DNA of 64,000 nucleotides from Batkoa obscura (Eukaryota): NCBI GenBank assembly GCA_030770535.1, contig JASVEC010000020.1, positions 744,001 to 808,000 of the forward strand, read 5' to 3'. Shown piece by piece: positions 1 to 11,895 of this stretch (position 1 is its first letter; each line of letters starts with the position of its first letter). The notes under the pieces were generated by a model. It saw only the letters and a program-made list of their open reading frames with translations, ran no database searches and was not told where the DNA came from. The position numbers and the translations under genes were made by a program.

Positions 1-12
1 CTTTGATTATTT

Positions 13-160
13 ACACTAGGAAAGATTCCAAGTTGTTGTTGCCAAAACTTGATTTATTTAGTAAAACGCGATATTTATTTACTTTATTTAGTAATAAAAA
101 ATCGTGTTTTACTAAATAAATTAGGTTTTAGGAATAGTCACTTGAAACTTCTCTCAATGT
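13..160. repeat. Foldback (long inverted repeat) element, possible MITE of a second family
   Basis: 13-72 aligns ungapped with the reverse complement of 101-160; core atttatttagtaaaacgcgat / atcgtgttttactaaataaat; about 16 mismatches in 60 bp by eye. Confidence 0.75.
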
Positions 161-944
161 TGTTTAAAGAGTAATTAGCCTAAATAACAAAAAAACAAGT
201 ATATATACTCGGTTGAAATGAGAAGATTAATTAAATAGTACAGTCTCGGCTAAAATGATAAGGTGGATCAATTATACACATTCTTAATTACTATTTCCAT
301 GGGCTTATTAATAGATATTAAAAGGTATATTTTTGATGGTTGAAAATTAGTTGATAGGATCAAAGAAATGAAATTCAATAAATTTTAAAATAATTTTAAG
401 TATCGAATTGATTGTTTTATAAGTATGATTTTTCTAGATATACGAGTATAAGCTTGTTATTTTATTCTTATGCTTCTACCTTATTCTTATGTTTCGAAAA
501 TCTTGCATTTAACTTCAATTCCTGAAACTTATAAAACCCTTAAAGTCTCATTTTTACTTTACTAGCCATCAAAATTTTAAATTAGCAATGTATGTTTTAT
601 TAATAAAATATCCCGCTTTGACCTACCATATTATTATTTTCATCTAGATTCGATTACATCACATTCAACATTTACATCAATTTCAATTAAAAATTTAAAT
701 AATTATAAATCAGACAATACATTGATTAACGATTTGAATACTAAATATGTTTTTTACCCAGGTTATAGTATATTGATTAGTTACCATTTTTATACGATTT
801 TACATTTATTATCATATCGTATAATATAAAGCATGCAAGTAAATTCACTTGAAATTTAATAATACAATAATTGTATTGCCCTTATGTATTGATGGTGATT
901 TACTTATGTTGTTTGATGTCAATAACTGATATCTTGAATCATAT

Positions 945-1043
945 GGGAGTGTTTTTTTTGACTTCATTATTTTTTCCATTTTTTAAGCGCTATTTGAGTG
1001 GAAAATATGTTAGTAAAATTCTTAAACATAAAAATACATCCCC
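945..1043 (+). mobile_element. ~98-bp MITE (family A) copy 1
   Basis: GGGAGTG...CATCCCC termini flanked by ATAT (941-944 and 1044-1047); core ttttaagcgctatttgagtggaaaa..ttagtaaaattcttaaac recurs throughout the window. Confidence 0.9.
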
Positions 1044-1047
1044 ATAT

Positions 1048-3512
1048 GGGGCTGTCCTAATTGGTTTCAGAATCTACTTAGAAATTAATCCAAATTTAAA
1101 ATTCCAAGTTTGTGTTCAATATAACGGTTAAATCTAAAAAGCCTAAAATTAAATGTCTCTATTTAAAACTTATTTTAATTGTTTCCTTTTCTTAAATAGC
1201 TAATTTTCCTAACTATATATTTTATGTTAGTTCTGTTAGATATTTAACAGATATATAATATATAACTATATGATTATATAATTATATAAATACATAATTA
1301 TATAAACACAGTTATTTGACTTTATTTGACTTTATTTTTTGTTGAAATAAAAATAAAATCCAAACTTTCATAACTAAACTTCGAAATGGAATTTTTGAAA
1401 ACTTCAATACAATAGGGAGGAGTACACAATATAAACATTGTAATTCATTTACATCAATTTTAAGAGCTACTTATAACAACCCAAGGTTCATGGAATTTTA
1501 TAATAAAACAAAACAAAGAAAAGATATATTATCAAAGTTTACTATCGATAATAATAAACTTAATCAAGTAATGTATAAAATTAGTGCTTTAAGGGAAACA
1601 GGAAACAAAAGTCAGCAAGTAGCGTTATTATCAACTATAGCTTCAGTATATTCTTTTGATGAATGTAAGAGTTTTGGGTTTAATATAAATAGAAATCAAT
1701 ATGATTATTCAAAAACAAGTAATAATAATAAAATATCAACATTAAAACCTATTATTAAAAATACAAAAAAAATTAAAGATGACCAAATTGAAACTATCAT
1801 ACAATATTTACTAAATGATTCAACTATTTCATCAAGATTTAATAAAAAAAATAACGATAGTAAATATTCATCAGATAATATATATATATTAAATAAAAGT
1901 AGAAGAATGATATATAGTAAATATTTGAATGATCTAAGAGATAAAGCAGTAGCCAGGTCAACGTTCTTTAAATATATACCAACTAATTTCAAAAATCCAG
2001 CAAGAAAAACGGATCTATGTAATATATGTACCCAGTATACAGTTAGAAAAAAGTTATTTGAAAATAAAATAAATACAGCAAAAAACAAAGCAGAGATACA
2101 AGAAATTTTCAACGAAGAAGAAAAATTATACAAATTACATAAATTCTGTGTTGATACTCAAAAAAACACATTTAATGAAACTATCAAAAAATTAAATAAC
2201 AAAAGTTGTATAATAGTTTTAGATTTTAAACAAAATATGGAAATAGGGACAAGACCAGATTCAATAAATTTAGATCATTATAATAAACAAGCTATATCAG
2301 TATTAGGCTTTGGTGTATTATATTTAAAAGATGATAAAACAATAGGCAAAGTTTACTTTGATTATTTATCTGAAATATTGAATCATGATTCAGCATATGC
2401 AGGAGATTGTTTAATCGATTTAATCTCTACAGAGCTTCTATTTAAAAAGTTTACAAAAATTAATATATGGGCAGATACAGGAAATCATTTTAGATCCCAA
2501 GAGTTCTTACATTATATGTTTAAAGAAATTCATAAAATAAATAGTAGTTTGAATGTTAATCTTAATTTTTTTGCTGAGCATCATGGAAAAAGTATAGTTG
2601 ATGGACATTTTGGAAACCTTTCAAAATGGAAAAGTAGTTTTGAAGCGTTAGGTAAAATAGAAGATATCGATCAATTAATTTCAAGATTTGAGGCTTTTAT
2701 TTGCGAGCATAATAAAATTAATAACTCGACTGTTAATAATGGGAAAACAGATATAATTTTTAAAAAGTATAAAAGAAACAAAAATACAAAAAGAATAATA
2801 GAGATGCAGGGCATTAAGAAGTATTTACACTTTATTAAACATAACAATAAACTACATTGTTATCCAGTATCTGATACATCAAAAAAAAGCGATATAGTCC
2901 CAATTAAAGTTATAGAGTCTATAGAAAACAGAAAAATTAAAAGATCGATCCCAGCTTACCTTACGAAGATAACAGAGAATTTGAAAATTTCGATATTTAC
3001 TAAGCAAGTAAGTAGTTTGTTGAATGATAGAAATAGATTGTTAAATGTTAGGATTACTTAAGTTATTAATAGCTAAGTTAATAAATAGTCAAAGAACAAG
3101 TAACTGTAATAATATGTAAAAACTATTATTACTTGTACTATATAGGGATGGTTAATTATAGTTTTGGGGCTGACCACTCCCTCCCATGCAGCTATTTATT
3201 AACTTGGCAATATATTAATAATGTAATTATAACATTAAAGTAGTTTATTTATTTGATAATAAATCTACGATGTTGGTTATAAAGCAGTTGATAATAAATA
3301 TTTCTCAATTAAGCTTTATAAGAACATGTATTTAAGATCTAGTAGAAATTCAACTAACTTACAGTATGAGCTATAATAGAATGATTTAGAACTGTGTTTG
3401 GGTACTTTTGTTTTAATAAAAGATGTGATTTTATAGAATTTTAAGCGAAGTTTTTAAAATACAAAATTTTTCAAAAATTGGATAAAATAATGAAACTAAT
3501 TCAGACAACCCC
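1048..3512 (+). mobile_element. Putative autonomous Sola-like (Sola2-type) DNA transposon
   Basis: Left end ggggctgtcctaattggtttca; right end reverse complement ggggttgtctgaattagtttca (18/22 identical); ATAT on both sides (1044-1047, 3513-3516); encloses a single transposase-like ORF. Confidence 0.85.
1490..3061 (+). CDS. DDD transposase, Sola-like, 523 aa, intronless
   Basis: CxxC (DLCNIC) plus downstream His; acidic motifs IVLDFKQN, IWADTGNHF and NFFAEHHGKSIVDGHFG resemble Sola2-type DF.EN / SD / HGK...DG blocks; lies between TIRs. The reading frame stays open upstream to 1346 without an ATG. Confidence 0.8.
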   Translation: MEFYNKTKQRKDILSKFTIDNNKLNQVMYKISALRETGNKSQQVALLSTIASVYSFDECKSFGFNINRNQYDYSKTSNNNKISTLKPIIKNTKKIKDDQIETIIQYLLNDSTISSRFNKKNNDSKYSSDNIYILNKSRRMIYSKYLNDLRDKAVARSTFFKYIPTNFKNPARKTDLCNICTQYTVRKKLFENKINTAKNKAEIQEIFNEEEKLYKLHKFCVDTQKNTFNETIKKLNNKSCIIVLDFKQNMEIGTRPDSINLDHYNKQAISVLGFGVLYLKDDKTIGKVYFDYLSEILNHDSAYAGDCLIDLISTELLFKKFTKINIWADTGNHFRSQEFLHYMFKEIHKINSSLNVNLNFFAEHHGKSIVDGHFGNLSKWKSSFEALGKIEDIDQLISRFEAFICEHNKINNSTVNNGKTDIIFKKYKRNKNTKRIIEMQGIKKYLHFIKHNNKLHCYPVSDTSKKSDIVPIKVIESIENRKIKRSIPAYLTKITENLKISIFTKQVSSLLNDRNRLLNVRIT

Positions 3513-3539
3513 ATATGCTTCACTAAAAAAGCAAGATAT

Positions 3540-3635
3540 GAGGGTGTTTTTTTACTGCATTACTTTTTCCATCTTTTAAGCACTATCTGGGCGAAAAAAT
3601 TGCTAATAAAACTCTTAAACACAAAATATATTCCC
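3540..3635 (+). mobile_element. MITE family A copy
   Basis: GAGGGTG...TTCCC flanked by ATAT/ATAT. Confidence 0.85.
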
Positions 3636-3975
3636 ATATGATGATAATGTTTATATAGAGCAATAAATATACAAACTTACAAAATGAATTAATACTCTTA
3701 TTGAGACTAGTTGTGTAATTTTTGTATAAAAATAATATAAATTATTGAATTTTGCACTACACTGATAAATCATAACTTATAATCTGTAATACTTTATAAA
3801 GCAAAAAATATCGAAGTTTTAATTGAATACATAGTTGCATGAAATATCGCTTTGTCAGCTCTATGGTTGATTATAATATAACAATCACTTAAGTTGGCGT
3901 GTTCTCGAGTTCAGGCACAATCAATCCTGAATCTTTTATTTTGATTTGCTATGAGAATTTCTGTTACGTAGTTCT

Positions 3976-4299
3976 GAAGAACATTATCTCCTCGTTTTAA
4001 TATCCATACTTGTCGGTGTATAAAAGAGATTTTAGAACATAATAACTCGAAACTTTTTAATTGAACTATTTTTTGATATCGTACCTTTAATAAAGCCACT
4101 AAATTTTCTTAATAGTATTTTACGTAGATTTTACAGTAGTATTGTCTATTCTATTTGTCTTACATAGCCTATAGCATATTACGTGGCATTCTTTATAACT
4201 CAGGTCCACCTTAGTTACATAACCTAAAACCTTTCGACTTATAGCATAGTCAACTAAGCAATGACTGCTTTTGACTCCAATCACTGGGTATCAGATTTC
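3976..4299. repeat. Dispersed repeat family B copy 1 (degenerate, unknown origin)
   Basis: 4001-4299 aligns ungapped with 25862-26160. Confidence 0.85.
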
Positions 4300-4375
4300 G
4301 CAGCTATAAGCTAAAAATTAGCAATAAGTTTAGATTTAAGGTAAAGGCTTTAATCTATTAAATAAATAGTACATA

Positions 4376-4469
4376 GGGGATGTTTTTTTTGGTTTCATCA
4401 CTTTTTCTATTTTTTAAGCGCTATTTGAGTGGAGAGATTGCTAGTAAAATTCTTAAAAAACATATCCCC
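4376..4469 (+). mobile_element. MITE family A copy
   Basis: GGGGATG...ATCCCC with family core; TSD imperfect. Confidence 0.85.
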
Positions 4470-6163
4470 ATAATTTGAATAAAAGCTTTATATAAAGTAT
4501 TAAAATACAGGAACTCATATCAATATAATAGTTTTGATTTCAAATAACTTTAAGTTTACTATTCAAATTTACATAACTAAAAAGTTTTTAGAAATATAAA
4601 GGATTTGGACTTTTGATACTATAAAGATTTTTAATAATTCCTAAAATAAAAAATTTTATTACATTAATTTAGCAGCATTTATCCCAAGCAAATATTTTAA
4701 TTAAATTACTAAATTAATAATAGATATTTTTAGATATAAAAATTCAAATTAATATAGAAAGTCACTTTATAGGATTTCTGATAAAAGGTATTATATAAAT
4801 AGTATAAATATAAGTAAAAAATTTAAAAAATTAAAGTATATAAATTTAACTATCAGATTTTCAAGTCATTTAAAAAGCAATAAAATATTGGAGTAGAAAA
4901 ATAATCTTGTGTTCTTCGAATTTTATTCCATATAAAGATATATAAATTGAAACAGCAATATATGCTATAATACCTAAAAAATGAAATTTATTGGGATTAC
5001 TATTATTACACTTTATACCATATTTTTATTCAAAATTGGTGTGTGCAAGGTGGGGTAAGTATTAGTTTTAACATAAGACCTACATATGATTTATATTAAA
5101 ATTACTATTAGCATAAAACTATACAAAACATCAGTATTTTATGTTTTGAAAAATACATAATCAAGTGAAATATATTTATGTAGTTACCAGTGATTTTGAT
5201 GTAATAAGAAATAGGAAAAATTTGATTTATGTAGAGAAATTAGAAATTTTATCAATTCCTGTACTATTTATAAATCGCTTCATCTATATGTCCTTATAGA
5301 CCAAAATACTCAACTATCAATTTAAACATCTCTAGTTTTATAGAGCATTATAAAATGAAGTTATTTATAAAAGTATGGTTACTTTTTGTGTAAGATAAAA
5401 GTTGAATTCCATGAAAAAAATTACGTAAAAAGTGGAACTATATGTGAATCTAGCTTCTATAGTAAGAAGGTGGTAGCATTTAGGATTATTTTTATATATA
5501 TTTATAAGATTTAGTAGTTATGATAACAATTGAATTAGTTAAAAATCCTACAAATCATAATAGGATAGATGAAAATAAGAGTTACGCTAGTTAATTTCAT
5601 TAATAGAACCGTATTATTTTAAAGATTTTATATTTAATATATTTAAAACAATTTCTTATTTTACATTAAAGTTCTTTTTTTGTTTTACTTAATTTTAGGA
5701 GTTATATTCTAAATTTAGTAATTTTTGGTTTAAAACGTTAAAAAATTCAACTTAAATATAATACGAAATAGACTTTTACAATATCATTAAAAAGAGTTGA
5801 ATTCAATATTAAAACAATCATGAACTTTTGAGATTTAAGATATATTAAAGTTTTATATTTTTATTTTCTATTCTATGAATCTTATATATTGAAAACTTAC
5901 ATCATTACCTTGCCCCTTTTACTTTAGACCCCTAAATCAAGTTTTTTTCTTAAAAATTTAGAGCCAATAAGCTTACCTAATACAAAAAGGGATAGGTGAG
6001 GACTAAGGATAGTATTCAGAATTTCAATAATAATTGAGTATATTGTGGGTGATGTCAAACATAATCAGTTATAATGGAAGAATTGTTTTTACATCTTAAC
6101 TTAATCTTAAACTTTTTATTTATTGTTTCTAGTTTATTTTTTATTTATTATTTTTAATTCGCA

Positions 6164-6814
6164 ATGAAAGAATATCGAGTTGTAATATTAGGCGCTGGCG
6201 GTGTTGGTAAATCCGCTATAGTATGAGTTTTTTCTTTTTTATTCATTATTTGTTTACATATCATTTAATAGACAGTACAGTATGTTCAAGGAGTATTTGT
6301 TGAAAAATATGACCCAACGATTGAAGATTCTTACCGAAAAACAATTGAAATTGAAGGTCAATCTTGTATAATGGAAATATTGGATACCGCTGGAACAGAA
6401 CAATTTACTGCCATTAGAGAGTTATATATGCGAAATGGCCAAGGTTTTTTATTGGTTTATTCGATTACTTCTGCATCTTCCTTTGAAGATGTATCCAATT
6501 TAAGAGATAATATTTTAAGAGTGAAAGGAACTACAAAGGTAATTAATTTTAACGGCCTATAAAGTAAGCGTTTATTTTTAAAAAAGGTACCTATGATTCT
6601 GTTAGGGAATAAATTTGATCTTAATTCAGAAAGAGCAGTAAGTACTAAAAAAGCTCAAGAGTTAGCTAGCGAATGGGGTATGCCTTTCATGGAAACATCA
6701 GCAAGGTTATTTTTCAATATCAATGAAGCTTTCTCAACAATTATACAACAAATTCATCAAATAACTCCACAAAATGTAAAGAAAACTAGGAGGATAAAGT
6801 GTCTTATTTTATGA
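6164..6814 (+). CDS. RAP1: Rap1/Rsr1-type Ras-family GTPase (3 exons)
   Basis: [35 protein letters not shown] (Rap-specific Thr at the Ras Q61 position), NKFD, ETSA, CAAX CLIL; introns near 6221-6271 and 6539-6586. Confidence 0.92.
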
Positions 6815-8152
6815 CTTAATTCACGATCCTTTTGCGATTATTAAACGATAGTTTTTAGCTTTATTTTTTTATTAAGTAAGATTTAATTAAAAATGTATTT
6901 TATCAATAAATTGTACCCATTTGAGATTATTGCTAAGTGTATTGAATCATCGAATGTTATTATTGAATCTATGTGCCTTATTCTAAATTGATAGACAACA
7001 TGACTATTTAATCATTGGTCGCTCTATTTTTATTAGTATGCATATTTATAAGTGAGAGCTAAATCCAAATTACCTGTTTCTTCTAACCAATAAATATCTC
7101 GCTTGGGACATAACAATTTATTGATTTTATAATACAAATAGTGAAAATAATTTTACATCTTGTTTAACTTATATCATTTATGATTATAGAATTATAGAAG
7201 AAATACTAAGATGTGAGTTGTTTATTGGAAATTATATTTATTTAAAAAAGTGTAGAATTTTTATATTGTATAATAGTTATAAATGTCAAAATCCGATTTC
7301 AAATATTTTAAAGATTGTCAAGTTAGCTGTACAGGATAAACAGAGAAATGAGATATCAATAAGTTTGGTTGCTTTTATAAGCTAATAGTTTTAATTATCA
7401 TTATTTACAATACTACATTAGTTTATAATTAAAACTGAATTTATATTGAAATTACAACACTAATTTACATTATGTTTTTTCGGATAGAATACTACTGCTC
7501 TTATGTGAAGCAAGGGAATATTAGAGAGGGATTGAGAAACTTGTATGTACTTCAACATTTGATTTCTTTCACTCAAGAGAACTTAAAATAACATTAAATT
7601 TTTTTTTAGAAATGTGAACTAATTTGCCTTTTATAGTAAATGTTTTGAATTTATCAATGAATACATTAGATAAAATATGTTAAATGTATTATTGTTTATC
7701 CATTTTATATTTTTATAAATTTCATTTGTCTATTAACCGATTACATGGGTACCATACTTTCGTAAATTCATAGGGGATTGTAGCTTAATATCTTGAAATA
7801 AATTCAATTACTATATTTTCTTCCTTATACATGGTTTTGAGTTATTAGGACTGCTAGCATGAAGTTACTACAATATATAGAATCAAAAGGTTAAGTATAA
7901 CCAATAGCGGCTATATTATAACCATTTTTATATATTAAAATATCATTTATTTGCTTTTATCTTTATAAAGTGAAAGCAGTAGAAATTTAAATACGCAACA
8001 ACAAAAGATTAAAATGTTATTTTAGTGTTATAATTAAAAATTCAAAGTAATAAATGTCATAACATCATAACTATTGGCTTCCTTGTATCATTCTAACTTT
8101 CCTTCAGGTTCTTAGCCTATGAAGCTCATAGTCATAAATTAAACCATTATAT

Positions 8153-8251
8153 GAGAATGTTTTTTCTAGTTTCATCACTTTTTCTATCTTTCAAACGCTA
8201 CTTGAGTAGAAAGATTGTTAGTAAAATTCTTAAACAAAAAAATACATCTCC
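8153..8251 (+). mobile_element. MITE family A copy (first of inverted pair)
   Basis: ATAT-GAGAATG...CATCTCC-ATAT. Confidence 0.85.
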
Positions 8252-8255
8252 ATAT

Positions 8256-8353
8256 GGGGATGTATTTTTGTATTTAAGAATTTTACTGACAATTTTTCCA
8301 CATAAATAGTGCTTAAAAAATGGAAAAATAATGAAACTAAAAAAAACAGCCCC
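8256..8353 (-). mobile_element. MITE family A copy (second of inverted pair)
   Basis: Reverse orientation; shares ATAT 8252-8255 with the previous copy; ATAT 8354-8357 on the other side. Confidence 0.88.
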
Positions 8354-8832
8354 ATATAGTAATTTGATTTTTTATGTATCTTTTAGCCTATAATATATCA
8401 ATAATTCATATCAATTTAAAGAACAAAGTTTGTCTCCAAAACATAAAGTAATCTCAGGATTTCTGCCTAGATTTTATGAATACAATTTTGGAGGACAGCA
8501 AATTTCAGAAAATTGCAAGATTAAAAAAAGCGAAAGTGTTACAAATATGGTTAAATTCTGGTTATTAAACTAATATGTTAGTCAGTTAAATTGATTATTT
8601 TACAAAATCATATTGTTATTATTAGAATAAAAAATCTAACATGGTTTGGAAAGAAAGTTAAACAGGCGAAGTTTAGTATAAAAATGTCAATTGCATAATA
8701 TAGATTGGCTTGGATTTATTATTCCCGAACAATGTGCGGCCAAAAAAAAGCTGTAAAAAAAGCTGAAATATATTTAAAAAGAGTAAAATCATATATCGTT
8801 GTCATAAAATCAATAAACATTTACATTAAAAG

Positions 8833-10419
8833 ATGAATCAAACAATAGAGTTAAGAGAGCATCAAGTTGATAACGCAAAGTCATATGAACTTCCTAATGA
8901 GGATGGATCTAATGAAAAAATAAACCTATCCAAAGCACAATTCATTATTATAATGATTGGATTATTCTTTACTATATCAGTAGCTGCATTAGATACTACT
9001 ATAATTACAACTTCTGTTGGTGTTATCGCATCTGATTTAAATGGGTTTCAAGATATTGCTTGGGTAGCCACTGCCTATTTCTTAACTTCTAATGCCTTTG
9101 AACTTCTTTATGGCAAATTTTCAGATATATTTGGAAGAAAACCAACCATTCTTTTTGCTTTGAGTATCTTCTTGATAGGATCAATCTTGTGTGGAGTTGC
9201 ACAAAATATTGAAATGCTTATCATAGCTAGGGCAATTGCAGGTATTGGAGGTGGAGGACTAATGACTTTATGTACAATTATTATCTCTGATTTAGTACCA
9301 CTCAAGAAAAGAGGTTATTATATGGGTTTGACTACTGGGATTTTTACAGTATCATCAACTTTAGGGTCAATTTTAGGTGGTATATTTGTTTTAAAATTAT
9401 CATGGAGATGGTGCTTTTACATTAATATTCCTATTTGTGCTATTGCCATGATTATTATTATTGTCTTTTTCCGCTTTCCTTCTGATAGTAATAATTTTAA
9501 AGAAAAGTTAAATAGGGTAGATTATTTTGGGTGTATCACACTCTTGATTTTCACTATACTGTTAACGCTGGCGCTTAATTGGGGAGGACAGACTTATTCT
9601 TGGTCATCTGCTGCCGTACTTGTTCCATTGGTTTTAAGTATTATGTTTATGTTCGCTTTTATATATCTTCAGTTAAAAGTCTCAAAAGAGCCTATTATAC
9701 CATCTAATATTTTAGTACGCAATGTCAACGCATGCGGTTTAATCACATTCTGTAATGGAACCATTTTCTTTTCAATCATTATTTACATCCCCCTTTATAA
9801 TCAAATTGCTTACCAAGAATCTTCATTGCAATCTACTATTGGGATTCTTCCTGTTATTTGTGGAATGATTGTATGTTCTATATTTTCTGGTTCTATAATC
9901 AGTAGAACAGGAAAGTATCGCTTTTTTTCTATTATCGGTACCTTATTAGGATTCGTAGGCTCCATCCTATTGACCCAATTTGTCAGCGTAGATGTGTCAC
10001 GTACCTTAATATATATATTTACAGCAGTAGTCGGTGCTGGGATTGGGTTGTGTATGCAAGCTACTACAATTGCTTCCCAGGCAGCAGTGGGTGAAAAGGA
10101 TCTTGCTGTAGTAACATCATTAATTAGATTTACTTTTTCATTGGGGGGTATTATAGGCATAACAGTATTGGGTGCGATTTACCAAAATGTTTCATCTAGT
10201 TTTTTAACGAAATATTCCAATGAAATTGATTTAGAGAAATTAAGTAAAGGAACTTTATATATATCCAGCTTACCTTTAGACCAAATTGTAAAGGTTACTG
10301 AGAGCTTTGCTGAGGCTTTTAAATACATGTTTTATGCAGGTGCTGCCTTTTTCGCTGTTGGATTTATTGCTTCTTTGTTTGTTGAACACATATCACTTAA
10401 GAGAATAGAAGAAAGTTAG
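8833..10419 (+). CDS. MFS drug:H+ antiporter, DHA2 (14-TMS) family
   Basis: 528 aa; ALDTTII, motif A YGKFSDIFGRK, ARAIAGIGGGG, SWRWCFYINIP; many hydrophobic helices. Confidence 0.92.
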   Translation: MNQTIELREHQVDNAKSYELPNEDGSNEKINLSKAQFIIIMIGLFFTISVAALDTTIITTSVGVIASDLNGFQDIAWVATAYFLTSNAFELLYGKFSDIFGRKPTILFALSIFLIGSILCGVAQNIEMLIIARAIAGIGGGGLMTLCTIIISDLVPLKKRGYYMGLTTGIFTVSSTLGSILGGIFVLKLSWRWCFYINIPICAIAMIIIIVFFRFPSDSNNFKEKLNRVDYFGCITLLIFTILLTLALNWGGQTYSWSSAAVLVPLVLSIMFMFAFIYLQLKVSKEPIIPSNILVRNVNACGLITFCNGTIFFSIIIYIPLYNQIAYQESSLQSTIGILPVICGMIVCSIFSGSIISRTGKYRFFSIIGTLLGFVGSILLTQFVSVDVSRTLIYIFTAVVGAGIGLCMQATTIASQAAVGEKDLAVVTSLIRFTFSLGGIIGITVLGAIYQNVSSSFLTKYSNEIDLEKLSKGTLYISSLPLDQIVKVTESFAEAFKYMFYAGAAFFAVGFIASLFVEHISLKRIEES

Positions 10420-10804
10420 TATAGTTAATTCTTAATTTTATTCTGATTTTTTATAAATAAATTGTGAATAAGAAAAAGCTTTATTAATAGTATTTTAGTT
10501 TTGAACCCTTTTTAAATTTTAATGGTCTGTTAAAGATTTATTGTTAGAATCAAATAAATATTTTAGTTTAATATTTATATTGTTAGCTTATTATATAGTA
10601 TAAGATAAAGATTTTTTAGAATATGTCTCAAACGAATGACTGCTTATATTGATCAAGTTGTTATATATAACGTATAACTCTATTTTAGTATTGAGATTAT
10701 ATAAATCAGTGACAAAATTTACTTGTTTACAAGCTGATCTAGAACCATTTTTCACCTATACTATTTTAAGTTTATTAAATTTGTTTTAAATAATTTAAAA
10801 ATAT

Positions 10805-10902
10805 AGTGATATTTTTTATAGTTTTATTGCTTTTCCATTTTTTAAACGCTATTTGAGTGAAAAGATTGTTAGTAAAATTTTTAAACAAAAAAATTTATCC
10901 CC
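10805..10902 (+). mobile_element. MITE family A copy (degenerate left end)
   Basis: Family core; right end ATCCCC-ATAT; ATAT at 10801-10804. Confidence 0.8.
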
Positions 10903-11053
10903 ATATCCTAAATTAATGACCTTGTACCTTTAACATGTATAATTTTTTTTATTGAAAATGTTAATCGTCTTTGAAAAATTTGAACACTCTAAATGCTATA
11001 GTAAACTTTTGTTTGGAAAATATTTAAATTAATTAAAATGGTTATGTACATAT

Positions 11054-11151
11054 GGGGATGTATTTTTTGGTTTCATTACTTTTTCCATTTTTAAGCGCTA
11101 TTTGAGCGGAAAAATTGTTAATAAAATCCTTAAACACAAAAACACATCCCC
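11054..11151 (+). mobile_element. MITE family A copy
   Basis: ATAT-GGGGATG...CATCCCC-ATAT; close to consensus. Confidence 0.9.
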
Positions 11152-11213
11152 ATATGTTTAGATGAGATCACTGAGGTTAACTCTGATAATGTATATTAAT
11201 CCGTATAACACAT

Positions 11214-11311
11214 GGGATTGTTTTTTTGGCTTCATTACTTTTTTCATCTTTTAAGCGCTATTTGGGTGGAAAAATTACTAGCAAAACTCTTAAATACAAA
11301 AATACATCCCC
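11214..11311 (+). mobile_element. MITE family A copy
   Basis: ACAT-GGGATTG...CATCCCC-ATAT. Confidence 0.88.
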
Positions 11312-11895
11312 ATATATAAAAAAAACTATTTTTAATAAAAACCAGAGTATACTTAAATTCATGTCATTTTTAAGAGTTTTATTAGGAAATATTCGGATTT
11401 TTGATACTCTAGATATATCAATGTAAGTAAATAGCTAATAATTTACAAGAGTATCTTAAAGCAAATTATGAATACAGTATAATGAATAATTGACAAAAAT
11501 AGTCCACGTAATTAGATTTGAAATTTCAAATAGTATCTCAATTTTGAACAATGATAAAACAGGTTTATTCAGAATAACCAATATCGGAAATTAAAAATGT
11601 GGAGACTGTTATTAGACCACTCTATTATTTAACGACATATAAAAATTAAATATAAAACTGTTTTTTATTGAACGAGGTAAGATCCATTATAAAACAAATA
11701 TTCGAAAATTGTTGAAAAACTTCGCTTAATTCACTGACATAGTTCCAATTAAAAGCCGACAAATAATATCATAAAAGCTGTTACAAGTTTAAAGTGAACT
11801 CCATATTTGATTTTTACTTTTTATACTTTATTTAATATTTATTTATATTTATTTAACTTATTATACATACATTTCAAATACTTTGAATATCAATA

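Noticed and set aside
871..1131. Short ORFs with FKRYLSGK-like peptides (also 11226-11426, 26637-26825, 40859-41182, 14528-14743)
   Set aside because: They are chance translations across MITE copies, not genes.
1705..2133. Antisense and overlapping ORFs (1705-2133, 9810-10160, 31269-31700, 32002-32289, 52806-53162 and others)
   Set aside because: Shadow ORFs of real genes or of low-complexity coding sequence.
3062..3512. Possible guide RNA (Fanzor/TnpB-type) in the transposon right end, including the GC-richer patch at 3165-3192
   Set aside because: No RuvC/TnpB ORF in the element and no convincing structure visible by eye.
3911..4099. ORFs within repeat family B (also 26047-26292)
   Set aside because: The frames are not conserved between the two copies and contain no recognisable domain.
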